DNA from: an uncultured Candidatus Saccharibacteria bacterium
GTDB taxonomy: Bacteria > Patescibacteriota > Dojkabacteria > SC72
Assembly: GCA_964610125.1 (NCBI GenBank)
Contig: CAZSUV010000001.1
Span: 319,877-383,876, forward strand
DNA: 64,000 nucleotides
Direction of reading: 5' to 3'
The number at the start of each line of letters is the position of its first letter. Position 1 is the stretch's first letter. The notes beneath the pieces were generated by a model that was not told where the DNA came from, did not search any database, and was given only the letters and a program-made list of their open reading frames with translations. This document shows, one piece after another, positions 34,662 through 44,408 of this stretch. The translations under genes were made by a program, and so were the position numbers.

Positions 34662-35297
34662 ATGCTTCATTCCGATATTCTTAACGAATTCAACAGATTA
34701 CAAAATATATATGGTGAACCTACTTTAGATTCCATAATCAGTGGCGGTCAATATATTAATCCAGATATCTGTTTCATCTTCATGAATCCTACCGGTCGTA
34801 ATATTGCAGCTGAGAAATCATGGACATCTATTAAATCCCCATGGTTAGGTACAAAGAATGTATGGAATATATTTTCCAAATTAAATATGTTAGATGAAGA
34901 AATATATACAGAGATATTAAAAAGAAAACCAATGGAATGGGATTATGATTTTGCAAATAGGGTATATGAGGATATTACAAACAGAGGGATATATATAACT
35001 AATTTGGCTAAGTGTACGCAGTTAGATGCTAGACCATTACCAAATAAAATATTTAAAGAATATTTAGATCTGTTATTTAAGGAATTAGATATTGTTAAAC
35101 CAAAAAAGATTGTTACATTTGGAAATCAGGTGAGTAGTATATTCCTAGATACAAATATATCGGTATCTAGGGATAGAAAGAAGATATTTATGCATAATGA
35201 TATCTCTACATTACCAGTATATTATCCTGTAGGCCAAGGTAGAAGGAATATGGATTTAGCAGTAGAGGATATTGAGTGGTTTATGAATCAAGTGTAG
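34662..35297 (+). CDS. uracil-DNA glycosylase superfamily-like protein
   Basis: ICFIFMNPTGRNIA...SPWLGTKNVWNIF resembles the MUG/family-4 GINPG...PF motif A region. Motif B is weak. Confidence 0.35.
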   Translation: MLHSDILNEFNRLQNIYGEPTLDSIISGGQYINPDICFIFMNPTGRNIAAEKSWTSIKSPWLGTKNVWNIFSKLNMLDEEIYTEILKRKPMEWDYDFANRVYEDITNRGIYITNLAKCTQLDARPLPNKIFKEYLDLLFKELDIVKPKKIVTFGNQVSSIFLDTNISVSRDRKKIFMHNDISTLPVYYPVGQGRRNMDLAVEDIEWFMNQV

Positions 35298-35325
35298 AAT
35301 TAAATATAACTTAAGCAATTAAAAA

Positions 35326-35697
35326 ATGTATAACAGTATCTCTGCAGTCTTAATATGGTCTGAAGATTACAAAAAATTAGCCGATTGGTATCAAGAGAAG
35401 TTTGGTTTTGAAACTATTGAAGAGTTAAGCCATCCTAAAGATACAGGAATTGGATTAAGAGTTGGTACATCATACCTATGGGTAGGTAATCACTCTGAAG
35501 TACATGGTAAGAATCAAGATCCATTTAGAATAATGTTTAATATTGCTGTCGATTCAGTAGAAGCAAGTTTCAAAGATTTACAAAGTAAGGGTGTACATTT
35601 CATAGCTGAACCATTTAAAGCACCATTATCTGAAAAATACTTTGCAACTATGGAAGACTTAGATGGGAATACAGTTCAGTTAATTGGCCCTAGGTAG
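35326..35697 (+). CDS. VOC/glyoxalase-bleomycin-resistance family protein
   Basis: 123 aa with paired beta-alpha-beta-beta-beta modules (VLIWSEDYKKLADWY...; GVHFIAEPF). Confidence 0.55.
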   Translation: MYNSISAVLIWSEDYKKLADWYQEKFGFETIEELSHPKDTGIGLRVGTSYLWVGNHSEVHGKNQDPFRIMFNIAVDSVEASFKDLQSKGVHFIAEPFKAPLSEKYFATMEDLDGNTVQLIGPR

Positions 35698-35700
35698 TAT

Positions 35701-37143
35701 TTAGAGATTCAATACTACTCTCCCAACACCATCCTCTACACCTTGTCCAAGATGTAATAGTGTTTGTTCATCAAAATGTTTCCCTATGAACTGTATACCA
35801 GTAGGCATACCATTAGACAAACCAGAAGGAACTGTTAATCCAGGTAATCCAACCTCAGAACTCCCCTCAGCTAATACATCCGCTATCTCTCCAAACAATG
35901 GGTTATCGGCATCCTTGTCTCTTAGAGCAACCGATGGAGTAGTAGGGGCCACTATAGCATCATATTTACCTAATACATTCTCCAAATCTTCTCTAATTAA
36001 CTGTCTAACCTGTTCTGATTTTCTAAAATATTCATCTGCATATCCAGCTGAGAGTGAGAACGTCCCTGTCATTATTCTTCTCTTAGCCTCTTCACCGAAT
36101 CCTTCTCCACGAGTAGATTCGTAGAATATTTTTACATTTTCATTCTTACTACCTTCTAAACCATATCTAGTACCATCATACCTTGCTAAGTTTGAGGATA
36201 CTTCGCTCCTACAAGTAATGGTATATACTGCCATTCCAAATTTAGGATCCATGATATGTACTTCTTCAATGATTGCTCCTAAATCCCTTAATATCTTTAT
36301 ACTATTCTCAAAATTCTTCCTTACCCCTTCTTCAAGATCTAAATCTAGATATTCTTTTGGTAGTGCTAACCTCATCCCCTTTATTTTGTTTACATCTAAT
36401 TGTGCAAGGTAATCCTGTGTTGAGAGTTTTGAAGATGTAAAATCATGTGGATCATATCCAGCAATTATACTTAATATATATGCCGCATCCTTAACAGTCT
36501 TAACTATTGGTCCTGGGCAATCTAAAGATGATCCCATTGCCAATACTCCATACCTTGGTACTCTTCCGTATGTTGGCTTTAGTCCTACAGTTCCACACCA
36601 TGAGGATGGTAATCTAATGGAGCCTGCAGTTTCAGTTCCTAGAGAGCCTGTACATAGGTCTGCAGCGATTGCAGCAGCAGAACCTCCACTTGATCCTCCT
36701 GGTAGAGTTTCTTTGTTCCAAGGGTTTCTAGTAGGTCCATAGTAGGATGTAATTGTTGAAGATCCATGACAGAACTGATCAAGATTGGTTTTTCCAAGGA
36801 TTATAGCTTCTTCATTTAAAATTCTTTTAGTTACGGTTGATTCATATACTGGGGTATATCCATCTAGTATGTGTGATGCACATGTGGTTAATATATTTTT
36901 TGTAGAGAATACATCTTTAACTGCAATTGGTATTCCTGCTAATTTCTTGTCTTTTAATGTTTCGAAATTGTTGTCAAAATCAGAAGCTTTTTTTAATGCG
37001 TTTTCTGCATCTACTGTGATATATGCGTTGAGTTCTTTGTCTAACTTTCCAATTCTTTGGAGGTAGTAATTAGTGGCTTCTGTGGCGGATATGTTTTTTG
37101 TGAGTAGTTTTTCCCTGAGTTCTGTAATACTAAGATTTTCCAC
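35701..37143 (-). CDS. gatA: Glu-tRNA(Gln) amidotransferase subunit A (amidase signature family)
   Basis: MENLSITELREKLL..., the GGSSGGSAAAIAA amidase signature and the catalytic Ser-cisSer-Lys context. 480 aa. It is unlinked from gatCB. Confidence 0.9.
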   Translation of the reverse strand: MENLSITELREKLLTKNISATEATNYYLQRIGKLDKELNAYITVDAENALKKASDFDNNFETLKDKKLAGIPIAVKDVFSTKNILTTCASHILDGYTPVYESTVTKRILNEEAIILGKTNLDQFCHGSSTITSYYGPTRNPWNKETLPGGSSGGSAAAIAADLCTGSLGTETAGSIRLPSSWCGTVGLKPTYGRVPRYGVLAMGSSLDCPGPIVKTVKDAAYILSIIAGYDPHDFTSSKLSTQDYLAQLDVNKIKGMRLALPKEYLDLDLEEGVRKNFENSIKILRDLGAIIEEVHIMDPKFGMAVYTITCRSEVSSNLARYDGTRYGLEGSKNENVKIFYESTRGEGFGEEAKRRIMTGTFSLSAGYADEYFRKSEQVRQLIREDLENVLGKYDAIVAPTTPSVALRDKDADNPLFGEIADVLAEGSSEVGLPGLTVPSGLSNGMPTGIQFIGKHFDEQTLLHLGQGVEDGVGRVVLNL

Positions 37144-37181
37144 CTGTTGTGTAAGAATATATTAATTACTATGCAATTCTA

Positions 37182-37949
37182 TCAAAGAATCCACAAAATG
37201 AGAATGGATATGGTTGCTGATACTAATGTTCCTACTATGGTTTGCATAATGGTATGTTTTTTCAATATAACCCTAGAGGCTGCAATGAGTGGTGTAAAGA
37301 GAAATATCAATGGTAAAGCTGTTGCATATGGAAATAGATAGAGTAATGTGAAGAATAGTAAGGTTGAGTATGTCATATGTCCGCTCATTTTCCAATACAG
37401 GGTGACTATGGTTAATACACATGTGGAAACAAAGATGGCCAATGTGATATGGATAAGGGTGGTGTCTTTTACAAGGAATGTGGTTAGTAAGAAGAGCAGT
37501 AAATATCCAATGGTTGTGATTGTGAAGTAGAGTGGTCTTTCTTCTCGTTTGGTGAATTCGTAGTCGGAGATTTTTCCCATTTTTCTCAATATGACGAATG
37601 GGGCTATGGTTATAACGAAATACAAAAATGGAAAGAGGAGTTTGTAAATGATATTTGTGTCAGATACCATGAAGGCAATGGTAGGAACTAATATCATTGT
37701 TAGAAAGCCATTGAAGAGTTCTGAGATGATTCTTGCGATTTTGGGTAGTAGATTCTTTTTCATATATCTGACTATTGTAGCGTAGATGTTGGTAGAAAAA
37801 AAGGCACAGATGTCTGTGCCTTTTCTGAGACTAAATATATTCCCTATTTTATATTTTTCTCTTTTTCTTCTTCCTCTTTTCTTCTTCGTGCAATCAAGAA
37901 GATTATGAAGGCTAGAAGTGTTGCCCCACCGATTACATATATCCACCAT
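37182..37949 (-). CDS. polytopic membrane protein of unknown function
   Basis: Six predicted TM helices. The N-terminal ~35 codons of the track ORF overlap the giant gene and are probably not translated (likely start MKKNLLPKIAR). Confidence 0.4.
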   Translation of the reverse strand: MVDICNRWGNTSSLHNLLDCTKKKRGRRKREKYKIGNIFSLRKGTDICAFFSTNIYATIVRYMKKNLLPKIARIISELFNGFLTMILVPTIAFMVSDTNIIYKLLFPFLYFVITIAPFVILRKMGKISDYEFTKREERPLYFTITTIGYLLLFLLTTFLVKDTTLIHITLAIFVSTCVLTIVTLYWKMSGHMTYSTLLFFTLLYLFPYATALPLIFLFTPLIAASRVILKKHTIMQTIVGTLVSATISILILWIL

Positions 37950-40900
37950 GGGATTGTTTTACCTTTGGTTGTATCTGTATTTGTGTCTTGAGCACCTTTA
38001 ACTTCTTCAGTATTTGGAGTTGTTACAGGTGATGTAGTTTCTGTTGCTGGAGGAGTTGTTTCCTCTGTAGTTGCACCCTGTACTTGTCCTTCAGGTGCTT
38101 GAGGTACTGCTGCTACAACAATGCTTGCTGCATATGGGTTGTTTCCTGTAACTACTGTATTAGAGTCACTTTGGTTTCCTGCTTTATCTACAACATAGTA
38201 TGTAAATATATGTGAACCAACACCAAGAGTATTGATAAGGGATGTTACATTCCAGTTGTAAAGGATACCTGTTATTGGGGTACAAACTAATGGATTTGCA
38301 TCAAGTGTATAGCATACCTGATCTAAATCAGTATTATCACTTAATGCTAGCAATCTTGGAGTTGTATCACCTGTTGTGAATGAAAGTGCTGCTAATACTT
38401 GTGCTTCTGGTTTTGTATTATCTACAACTAAACCGGTAAGGGTTTTAACTGTGGTATTTCCACTGTTATCCTCAGCTGTTACAGTTACATTGTATGTACC
38501 ATCTGCAAGATCAAATGTTCCATTGTTGACGTCTAAGCTCCATGTTGAAGCTCCGAGTACTGCATCTGAGGTTATTCCACTTCCAAAGTCTAATGTAACT
38601 TTCTTAACATCAGAGAGACTGTCTGAAACAGTTCCATTTACTGCAAATATGCCTGCAATTGGGAGAGTCACGGAAGGATTTAAAATTGCTAATTCTGGAT
38701 TGGTTTTGTCTATCTTTATAACTACGTCTTTTGAAGTTTCAGAGTTTCCAGCATTATCGATTGAATAGTATGAAACTGTATTTTCACCTTCTGAGGAGAT
38801 AACTACAGAGTCACCCTCGGTATATTCTGACCCATTTAATGAATAGAATGTTTTTGCGCATTCACTTCCATCATCTGAGCATGTGAGTCCGGCTGTTACA
38901 TCTGTCTTATGCCAAAGAGAATCTGTTCCGGAAATTGTAGTTACAGGTGCTGTCCAATCTATATTTATTTTACAACTGCTCTCAATCCCTGAATCATTAA
39001 CTAATGCCCATGGAGACATATTTCCAGCTTTATCTACGGCTCTCACTTGGAATCCATATGTTCCTTCTGATGGAATTGTCCACCATGAGGAGTCAAATGA
39101 ATTAGTTGGCATAATACTGCTTGTTAATCCAGCTGAACCGTCCGGTGCGTTATATGAAGAGTACTCATAATGGTCTAAGTTTGCATCCTCGCTAGGATTC
39201 CAGTACTCGCTTACGTGCTTTGTATTTGAATATCCGTTACATTGGATAGCTTTTGCGTTATCCAAATCCATGAAGTAAAGATTGGTTGGTGTTGTAGGGG
39301 CAACAGTATCTAATGTTACATTCCATATATTACTCCAATTACTGTAATTACCTGCCGCATCCTTAGCTCTTACTTGCCAGTACCAAGTTCCATCAGGAGC
39401 TCCGGATGAGTGAATCATAGCTGTTGGTAGAATATCTGATTTCCAAAGTCCTGTTGTTAATACCCCTCCAGATTGTGTTGGGTTCATAGATGATTGGAAT
39501 TCATATGTAAGTGCTGAAGCATCGGTTGAAGCATTCCAAGTAAAATCGAAGTTGTTAGTTGGGATTATTGAGTTATTTGGAAGTCCATTTGTTGGAACTG
39601 TAGGTGCTGTTGTATCTATTACAAATGGCCCAGCATGTGTTGTAGAAGTTATATTTCCAACATTATCAATTGTTCTGATATTGAAATACCAAACACCATC
39701 AGAAAGAGGGCGACTAGTTACATGGTTAGCATCTGCTGATAACCAATTGAAGAAGCCAATATTTGGGGTTTCTTGTGTGTGAGAGAATGAATAGTAATAG
39801 CCTGATACGCCACTTCCATTACCATCGTTTGCGCCACTAAATGAAATATCAATCGTTTTGTCTCTATTTGGAGTTAATGTATGTGATGTTGAACTTACTG
39901 TTGGGTCTATTGGATTTTGGCTATCCCATATGAATGAATCTGAAGTACCTGCTATAGCTGTATCTTGAACTTGATCCCATGCGTATGGGGTTACAGTATA
40001 GGTAACTCCATTATCCATCATTGAAGATGGTAATAGCTTTGCTAATACCCAATTTTCACCAAAAAGAATAGTATTTTGAGTTCCAAATGAGCTAGACCAG
40101 CTACTATTTCCTACCCAATATCTATTATCACTACTTCTTTGCATTGTTATATTTACATCTGTAACATTACTTACAGAATCAGATGCTGTACCAGCTATTA
40201 GTGGTAAATCATTTGGTCCATAGAAATGATCTGCAATATTTACTTTTGATTTTGCATATTCTTTATCTACTTCTCTTTCTGTAACTCGTGATGTTGCAGA
40301 GTTACCAGCATTGTCTTGAATCTTTGCCTGAATGTCTAAGTCTTCGCTATTGAAGAGTATTGAGCTTGGTACACTGAAGGTACAGCTACTTGCAGTATAT
40401 GTTCCTGTGTTCCATGAGTGGCCATTATTAAGAGTGTATTGGCATGATGTATTATTTATTCCACTTAGAGTGTCATTAACAAGTACTGAAATATTGAATC
40501 CATTGTATCCATTAACATATCTACCAAAATAATCTTGACTAATTTGAATATTTCCAAATGTTGGTTTTCTGGTATCAAATACAATGTTATCCATTTCTGG
40601 GCTATGCTCTGTATTTCCAGCTTGATCTGTTGCTTCTGCTTTTACATCAAATGTACCTTGGAATGGTGGTGTCCATGTTGTAGTAGGCCATACAAAGGTA
40701 TTGCTATTTGAGGAGTTATCCATGTGCTTAAACTTACCCCATGTGTTTCCAGTGCCACTGATTCGGTAATATAGATCTACACCTGTTACACCATTTGAAT
40801 CGGTGGATGTCCCATTTATGACTATTCCAGAATTATGGTATGTGTTTGCTTGAGTTTGAATGAACTGCGATACTGGTGCAAGATTATCTACAGTAAACTT

Positions 40901-43900
40901 CAATCCTAGTACATCTCTAAATTGATTTATTGAAGGTATATCTTTTCTTGTTGCGTTATCATATACCTGATGTGCCATGTAATATGTTCCATCTGGAAGT
41001 GTTGCTACACAATCTGTGAATTGTCTCTGAGTTGTTAGTGTGAATGGATTTCCAGAGAGTGTTACTAGGTTTGGTGCTTGTCTCCAACCACAGTATGAGA
41101 GTTTTCCATTCTGTGAGAATGCGAAGGATCCATCATTTTGAGCTTGGAATATTACAAATGAATCCTGGTATAGACCTGAAGATGGATTGCTATCAGTATA
41201 TGCTCCTGTGAAGGACAATTGGCTTACATTTTTTACAAATGCTTGCGCTCCTAATACTGCGATACCATCTTTAAAGTGTGTATATGTTGCGGTTGGTGCT
41301 TGGGTATCAATAACTACATCCTTTGTCACAACTGTTACATTTCCTGCAAAATCAGTAAGAGTTAAGGTAACAGGGTAGGTACCATCAGGGAAAACTTGTC
41401 CAAATGCAGGTGATGTCCAAGTTCCATTTGTGAATTGTAAATTCTGGTTGTAACCATTCAATGCAATATTTATACTTGCTACACCAACGTTATCAGAGTA
41501 TGTACCCTTGAACATCGGAGAATTGCTATTGGTTTTGAAATTGTTAATTGTATAGTCTTGTGCTCCTACAACATAGTAGAGACTGTCAATGCTTCCACTT
41601 GGTGCGGTGGTGTCTACGTTAAACTGAACTCTTGGTGCCCAGTTTGGATTCCCAGCAAGGTCGTATGCCCATGCTGCAATTTCATATCTGCCTTCTGAAA
41701 GATTACAACTTCCACCATTATTTATTGTTGCTGTCCAATTGGTTCCATCAAATATCGTTGGGATTGATGTACATCCTGAAACTAATGTTTTTACTGCCCC
41801 GACTACTTTGTATATATGCATTGATGCAGATTGAATTCCTGTCTGAGCGTCAGATGCTGAGATATCAATTTTTACATTTCCCTTGAAAGATTGATCAGCT
41901 ACGGGATTAACTACATTAACAGTAGGTCTTGTTTTGTCTAATGTGATATTACAGTAGTTACTCCACTGTGATCTTCCTTCATAACTATCCAAAGTATTAT
42001 TTGAGTTGGAATCTATATATGCTCTGACTCTTGTTTTCCATAGTCCTTCAATACCAGTACTAGAACCAAAGGTTGCAAATGGAGTATTTGTTATACTTCC
42101 AGCATCAAAGTAACTAATTCCACCTGTTGGGAATGTTACTTCTCTTTGATATTTTATATTTAATCCACTTACACTTGACCAGTTCTGGGAAACGCTATTT
42201 TCATTTGTATATACTGTGCCTGTAGAACATGTTAAGTCTAAAGGAGTTTCATTTGGTGTGGTAGATTTTGAAGCCACATTCCATCCAAGGTTGATAGGGG
42301 TTCCGATTCTTAAATACAACACCCTTGTAAATCCATTATCAACTGAGTCATATTGGTCTGTAGTATCAACAACTGAAACAGCTTTTCTAATATCATCCAT
42401 CCATATTGCTTTAAATTCTGTATGATGGCTCGTACCTAAGACAGTTAATTTTGCTTCAGTAGTTACTCCTCCGCCAAGGTCGAGATTTATTCCTCCCCAG
42501 GTATTGTTTGATGTTGTTATATTATTTACAGTAACTGTAGATCCATTAACAACAATACCTGCACTGCCATTATTTTGAACAGTTACTTTATCTAAAAGAA
42601 TATTCTTTGCAACATAGATATTTATTCCATGTAGATTTGTAGAACTAATTCCATCTACAGTAAGATTTTTTAATGTAACATCATCATGGGCAATTGAAAT
42701 TGCAGCATTATTTGAATTATCAGTTTTTGTAAATGTGCTATATATACTGTGATTGTTTCCATCCAATGTTAACGCTTTGTTAATATTGAATCTCGATGCC
42801 ACATGTACATCACTTAAGAAGTGTATTGTTCCACCTGCAGCAACTCTTGCAAGTGCTGGTACTATGGATGAATATGGATGGAATCTTCCTCCCAAATCTG
42901 AGGTATAGGCCGTACTTTCATCTACATATACATCCGAAAGTACTGCTGGAGATACTCTTTGATCTTCAATAACTGCATCGTTATTTGCTTCGCTAAGGGA
43001 TGAAACATTTGTGTAATATGATGAACTTGTTGCTGAGAGAATTGCAATATCATATACATTTGTATTTACTCCAGTACCCCAAGTATTGTTCGTAAATGTC
43101 ATATTACCCTGTTCAACTACCCAACCTTTTGTACTGTATACATAGTTGTTTAATATATTTCCTGTTGTAACACCGCTAATGTATGCAGGCTGTCTAAGAT
43201 TATGGATAGTATTGTTTTGAATCAAAAGCCCACTATGCCCACCACTTATAACCATAGCTCTGCTAACCTCTGGATCACCAATCACAAATTGTCCACTGAT
43301 TTGGTTATTTGTAATTGATATATCATTTGCATTAATCCAGATAATATTCTGCTCTCCTGTTTTATCTGTCTTTTGTATATTAAAGCCTGAAATTGTGTTC
43401 CCGTTTGCACTCATTACGAATCTATAACCAGTTCCAGAAACTTGAATTACAGGATTTCCAATTCCCATTAATGTGACATTTGGGGTATCCATATTTACTA
43501 CAGAATTCAAAACATATGTTCCTGTGTTTACACGAATTGTATCTCCAGCAACAGCTGAATCAACAGCCTCTTGAATGGTATTGTAACATCGATCTCCTAC
43601 ACTTACTGTTAGCCCTGAAGCAGAGCAATCTGTCGAAACTGGATTTGGAAGCGTAACTACAAATATTGTGAAGTGATTAAGGTCTTCTATTTTTAATGAC
43701 TTTCCATTGTCTACAACATTACTAATATCTTTGACGTTATCCTTTGCTAATTCATTAACATTCTCAGCATATACAACCTTTTTGCTATCTCCTGTTTTAG
43801 GCAATGTAAGGTCATATTTAAATGTGCCATCAACCATATCTGTAGTTATGTCATATGCGACATTTGATGAAGCATTTGTAGCCTTAACCTGCTCATCAGT

Positions 43901-44218
43901 TAAATATATGGTTTTAATAGTAAGAGTACTGGATGTAGATGGTAATTTTGAGAATGTAACTGTAACCGCAGGGTTAATAGGATATTCATAAGTGATTCCC
44001 GTAACAACAGGAAGCGATGTAGTGGCAGATTCCCCAGATGTAATCCATGAAGGATCAGATACTCCAGTTGGAAGAATATCCTTACTTTCATCTACAGTTG
44101 TTGCAGCATCCTCCACAGGTATAAGGGATTCTATAGCTAAAAGAGGTTGGGCAAATGTAAACAAAATGAGGAACATGGAGGTAAACAACCTCAAACCGAA
44201 AGTAGAAGATCTCTTCAT
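37844..44218 (-). CDS. giant (2124-aa) secreted cell-surface protein with N-terminal signal peptide, beta-helix/Ig-like repeat regions and a C-terminal TM anchor
   Basis: Signal peptide MKRSSTFGLRLFTSMFLILFTFAQPLLA. Asn/Thr/Ser-rich repeats of the NNTI..N type (right-handed beta-helix-like) and many TxDxAGN-like Ig/cadherin-like blocks. The C-terminus has a TPPATETTSPVTTP linker, the TM IPWWIYVIGGATLLAFIIFLIA and the tail RRRKEEEEKEKNIK. Confidence 0.8.
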   Translation of the reverse strand: MKRSSTFGLRLFTSMFLILFTFAQPLLAIESLIPVEDAATTVDESKDILPTGVSDPSWITSGESATTSLPVVTGITYEYPINPAVTVTFSKLPSTSSTLTIKTIYLTDEQVKATNASSNVAYDITTDMVDGTFKYDLTLPKTGDSKKVVYAENVNELAKDNVKDISNVVDNGKSLKIEDLNHFTIFVVTLPNPVSTDCSASGLTVSVGDRCYNTIQEAVDSAVAGDTIRVNTGTYVLNSVVNMDTPNVTLMGIGNPVIQVSGTGYRFVMSANGNTISGFNIQKTDKTGEQNIIWINANDISITNNQISGQFVIGDPEVSRAMVISGGHSGLLIQNNTIHNLRQPAYISGVTTGNILNNYVYSTKGWVVEQGNMTFTNNTWGTGVNTNVYDIAILSATSSSYYTNVSSLSEANNDAVIEDQRVSPAVLSDVYVDESTAYTSDLGGRFHPYSSIVPALARVAAGGTIHFLSDVHVASRFNINKALTLDGNNHSIYSTFTKTDNSNNAAISIAHDDVTLKNLTVDGISSTNLHGINIYVAKNILLDKVTVQNNGSAGIVVNGSTVTVNNITTSNNTWGGINLDLGGGVTTEAKLTVLGTSHHTEFKAIWMDDIRKAVSVVDTTDQYDSVDNGFTRVLYLRIGTPINLGWNVASKSTTPNETPLDLTCSTGTVYTNENSVSQNWSSVSGLNIKYQREVTFPTGGISYFDAGSITNTPFATFGSSTGIEGLWKTRVRAYIDSNSNNTLDSYEGRSQWSNYCNITLDKTRPTVNVVNPVADQSFKGNVKIDISASDAQTGIQSASMHIYKVVGAVKTLVSGCTSIPTIFDGTNWTATINNGGSCNLSEGRYEIAAWAYDLAGNPNWAPRVQFNVDTTAPSGSIDSLYYVVGAQDYTINNFKTNSNSPMFKGTYSDNVGVASINIALNGYNQNLQFTNGTWTSPAFGQVFPDGTYPVTLTLTDFAGNVTVVTKDVVIDTQAPTATYTHFKDGIAVLGAQAFVKNVSQLSFTGAYTDSNPSSGLYQDSFVIFQAQNDGSFAFSQNGKLSYCGWRQAPNLVTLSGNPFTLTTQRQFTDCVATLPDGTYYMAHQVYDNATRKDIPSINQFRDVLGLKFTVDNLAPVSQFIQTQANTYHNSGIVINGTSTDSNGVTGVDLYYRISGTGNTWGKFKHMDNSSNSNTFVWPTTTWTPPFQGTFDVKAEATDQAGNTEHSPEMDNIVFDTRKPTFGNIQISQDYFGRYVNGYNGFNISVLVNDTLSGINNTSCQYTLNNGHSWNTGTYTASSCTFSVPSSILFNSEDLDIQAKIQDNAGNSATSRVTEREVDKEYAKSKVNIADHFYGPNDLPLIAGTASDSVSNVTDVNITMQRSSDNRYWVGNSSWSSSFGTQNTILFGENWVLAKLLPSSMMDNGVTYTVTPYAWDQVQDTAIAGTSDSFIWDSQNPIDPTVSSTSHTLTPNRDKTIDISFSGANDGNGSGVSGYYYSFSHTQETPNIGFFNWLSADANHVTSRPLSDGVWYFNIRTIDNVGNITSTTHAGPFVIDTTAPTVPTNGLPNNSIIPTNNFDFTWNASTDASALTYEFQSSMNPTQSGGVLTTGLWKSDILPTAMIHSSGAPDGTWYWQVRAKDAAGNYSNWSNIWNVTLDTVAPTTPTNLYFMDLDNAKAIQCNGYSNTKHVSEYWNPSEDANLDHYEYSSYNAPDGSAGLTSSIMPTNSFDSSWWTIPSEGTYGFQVRAVDKAGNMSPWALVNDSGIESSCKINIDWTAPVTTISGTDSLWHKTDVTAGLTCSDDGSECAKTFYSLNGSEYTEGDSVVISSEGENTVSYYSIDNAGNSETSKDVVIKIDKTNPELAILNPSVTLPIAGIFAVNGTVSDSLSDVKKVTLDFGSGITSDAVLGASTWSLDVNNGTFDLADGTYNVTVTAEDNSGNTTVKTLTGLVVDNTKPEAQVLAALSFTTGDTTPRLLALSDNTDLDQVCYTLDANPLVCTPITGILYNWNVTSLINTLGVGSHIFTYYVVDKAGNQSDSNTVVTGNNPYAASIVVAAVPQAPEGQVQGATTEETTPPATETTSPVTTPNTEEVKGAQDTNTDTTKGKTIPWWIYVIGGATLLAFIIFLIARRRKEEEEKEKNIK

Positions 44219-44408
44219 GAATTAAAAAGACATTTAATTTATGTTAAGAAGTTTTACTTTGAAAATAGTCGCCGCAAAACCTCTCTGTACAGATCGGTTT
44301 CGCCATTAGCTCCTCTTGATTCATATAGCGACCAAAACGAAATCAAGTATCAATGCCCCTGTCCCATAATAATATATCTTTTGAAATATGAAAGTCAATA
44401 TCTTTTCA

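Noticed and set aside
38376-44225. Multiple 60-130-aa plus-strand ORFs inside the giant gene
   Set aside because: They are antisense to a continuous 2124-aa ORF with a clear signal peptide and anchor, and are Ser/Thr/Val-rich noise.
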